DNA from: Felis catus
Lineage: Eukaryota
Direction: 5' to 3'
NCBI RefSeq assembly: GCF_018350175.1
Contig: NC_058368.1
Location: 231,014,001-231,078,000 of the forward strand
Length of the DNA stretch: 64,000 nucleotides
The position numbers were made by a program, and so were the translations under genes. A model generated the notes under the pieces. It made no database searches, was not told the origin of the DNA, and saw only the letters and a list, made by a program, of their open reading frames with translations. This document shows, piece after piece, positions 61,630-64,000 of this stretch (the first letter of the stretch is position 1; every line of letters begins with the position of its first letter).

Positions 61630-62331
61630 CCATTTGCCAGGGCTACTGGAAGAAAGTACCATCAAGCCAGTGGCTTAAAGAACAGAAACTGATTGCCTCA
61701 CTGTTGTCAAGGCTAGAAGTCCGAGGTCAAAGTGTCAGCAGGGCTGTTCCCCCCACACCCCCCGGGGACTGTGGGATGGAACTTGTTCCAGGCCTCTCTT
61801 CCAGCTTCTGGAAGCTTGCTGGAAATCTTGGGCTTGTAGATGCTCCACCCCAGTCTTCACATGACATTCTCCTGGTGTGCGTATCTTTGTCCCAATTCCC
61901 ACTTTCTGTGAGGCACCAATCCCGTTGGATTAGGACCGGCTCTATTCCAATATGACTTCATATTAACTAATGACATCTGTAATGACCCTATTTCTTTTTT
62001 TTTTAAATTTTATAATATTTTTCACTTTTTTTTTAAGTTTACTTACTTAGAAAGAGACAGAGACAGCGCGAGTGGCAGAGGGGCAGAGAGAGGAGAAGAC
62101 AGAGAATCCCAAGCAGGCTCCACACTCTTGGCACGGCGCCCGACGTGGAGCTCCAGCTCACAAAATTGCAAGATCGTGGCCTGAGCTGAAACCAAGAGTC
62201 AGACGCTTAACTGACTGAGCCACCCAGGTGCCCTTGTAATGACCCTGTTCCTAAACAAGGTCACGTTCTGAGGTACTGAGGGTTAGGACTTTACATACGG
62301 ATGGGGTGAGAGACACAATTCAATACATAAC
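61630..62331 (-). mobile_element. MaLR LTR (MLT1B/C-like) interrupted by a Can-SINE (61995-62233, minus)
   Basis: gtggcttaaagaacagaaactgattgcctcac...aacaaggtcacgttctgaggtactgagggttaggactt; SINE TSD tgtaatgaccct. Confidence 0.85.
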
Positions 62332-62470
62332 ATTCTATGTAAGTTATTTTTGTTACAACCTGCACCTTAATAGGTTGGATCTGCTTTAAGTGGTTGTAAT
62401 ATCTGTAACAATAAAATGGGGGCATGAAAATACCCACTTGGTACAACTACCTCAGAAAACTGAGATTTTT

Positions 62471-62672
62471 GAGGCTCCGGGTGGCTCAGTCAAGCATCTG
62501 ACTTTGGCTCAGGTCATGATCTCACGGTCTGTGAGTTCGAGCTCCTTGTTGGGCTCTGTGCTGACAGCCTGGAGCCCCCTTGGGATTCTGTGTCTCCCTC
62601 TCTCTCTGCCCCTCCTTCACTTGCCCTCTGTCTCCCGCTCTCTCTCAAATAAACACCCAAAAAAACTTTTTT
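62471..62672 (+). mobile_element. Can-SINE
   Basis: Typical body; TSD agaaaactgag. Confidence 0.88.
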
Positions 62673-62686
62673 AAAGAAAACTGAGG

Positions 62687-62912
62687 TTTTTTTTTTTTAA
62701 TTTTTTTTTCAACGTTTATTTATTTTTGGGACAGAGAGAGACAGAGCATGAACGGGAGAGGGGAAGAGAGAGAGGGAGACACAGAATCGGAAACAGGCTC
62801 CAGGCTCTGAGCCATCAGCCCAGAGCCCGACGCGGGGCTCGAACTCACGGACCGCAAGATCGTGACCTGGCTGAAGTCGGACGCTTAACCAACTGCGCCA
62901 CCCAGGCGCCCC
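62687..62912 (-). mobile_element. Young feline SINEC_Fc
   Basis: Near-consensus; TSD aagaaaactgag. Confidence 0.94.
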
Positions 62913-62949
62913 AAGAAAACTGAGTTTTTAAAAAGCTAAACATAAGCAA

Positions 62950-63180
62950 ACTCTGCGATCCCCGCATTCGCTCCAAAAGAGACACTAAACAGAAATGTGT
63001 TCACCAAAAGACATGGAGGCGGATTCGGACAGGATCTGCCCTTCTGAAACCTGAAACATTGCCAGGCCCACCCACGGCAGTTCCGGTACATCGTGGAGTG
63101 TTCGAACGGCAGAGTTCTGCTCAGCAATGAAAAGGAGGAAGCTCCAGCCTCGTGCCACAACACAGATCGAGCGAACATTT
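62950..63180 (+). mobile_element. Old L1 (L1ME-type) 3' fragment
   Basis: acagaaatgtgttcaccaaaagacatg...ctgctcagcaatgaaaaggaggaagct...gccacaacacagat. Confidence 0.55.
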
Positions 63181-64000
63181 AATTCAGGCGCCAAAAGCAA
63201 CCAAAGCCCAAAAATGCAGGGGAAAGAGCAGAAACAAGGATGAGGAAGGTATAAAAACAGGCCAGAAGCAAGGTGCGCTTTGCACCTGCTCTTTGATTGA
63301 AAAGGCTCTGTTCCCTGGAAGGCTGGCGTGTGTGGGGATGCAAGAAACACGGAGAAGGGGAGCTCAGTGGGAGACGTGGGGGTCATTCCCGGTACAAGAA
63401 TAGTCGGGAATTTAGCCCAGCCCAGGGAAGAAAATACAAGCTTCCTTCGCCTCTCGGGCTGGGCTGGTTCCAGCCTTGCGGCGCAGAAGTGAAATAAGAG
63501 AAAGGCGTTAACCGAAAGGAAGTGTTGTTTCCTCTGTTTCCGAGACCACAGAACTGGCGCAGAACGAAGCTCTTTAGTCACACTTGGTGGCCCTGGTGCG
63601 AGCTGCCGGAGCACCGTGACTTTAGCGTCTCTTAACGGGGCGCCCTTCACCTTTCCAGGCCGGAGCTGATTTTTGGAAACGGCCAGGAGTTATTCAGAAT
63701 CAAGTCAGGTGATTGAGCTGGGTGACCAAACTCCGTTCCATTTGACGAGGCGAAGCCCACACGTGGCCACAACGTGACATTCCTGGTTTCCTCGTGTGGG
63801 TTGTCATCTGGTGCTCAGAGCGGTTCCTTACAAAAGTCCCGAAGCGGTCTGAGCAAGGACAACAGCCCCGAGAAAAGCTTGGAGTTTCCGAAGGTGGCTC
63901 CTCTGAGGCACAAAAGTGCTTCTGCCAAAAAGCGGATCCCTGACTGTCGCGTTCCCCTTATCGGACTCCCGCCCTCAGTCCGTTTCACTAAAGGTCATCA

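Noticed and set aside
680..62912. tRNA-like heads and recurring ~200-bp repeats as tRNA genes or a CRISPR-like array
   Set aside because: These are dispersed tRNA-derived Can-SINEs with CT tracts, A tails and TSDs in a mammalian genome.

Overview
Mammalian genomic DNA, almost certainly from a felid (cat family), judged from dense tRNA-derived Can-SINEs including the young feline SINEC_Fc type and feline-type L1 3' ends. The only protein-coding feature I can support is coding exon 1 of ANKRD33B (minus strand, 10935->10582, 118 codons, GTAAGT donor) inside a ~2.7 kb CpG island. Bases 1-10581 are the start of its long intron 1; bases ~12.6-64 kb are upstream, apparently intergenic DNA. That DNA holds ~45 Can-SINEs, old and young L1 fragments, MaLR (MLT1) LTRs, an ERV1-type solo LTR, MIR/L2 remnants and microsatellites. 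Nearly all listed ORFs are chance frames in repeats or GC-rich DNA. I found no new protein-coding system. Best leads: a kB-motif cluster at the promoter, a CRE-bearing MLT1 LTR plus CpG patch plus consensus donor pointing at ANKRD33B, a promoter-like cluster at ~32.9 kb, a truncated SINE with a fold-back junction, a 49-bp L1 stub with TSDs, and nested insertions. Repeat subfamily names come from recalled consensus sequences, and boundaries without TSDs are approximate.
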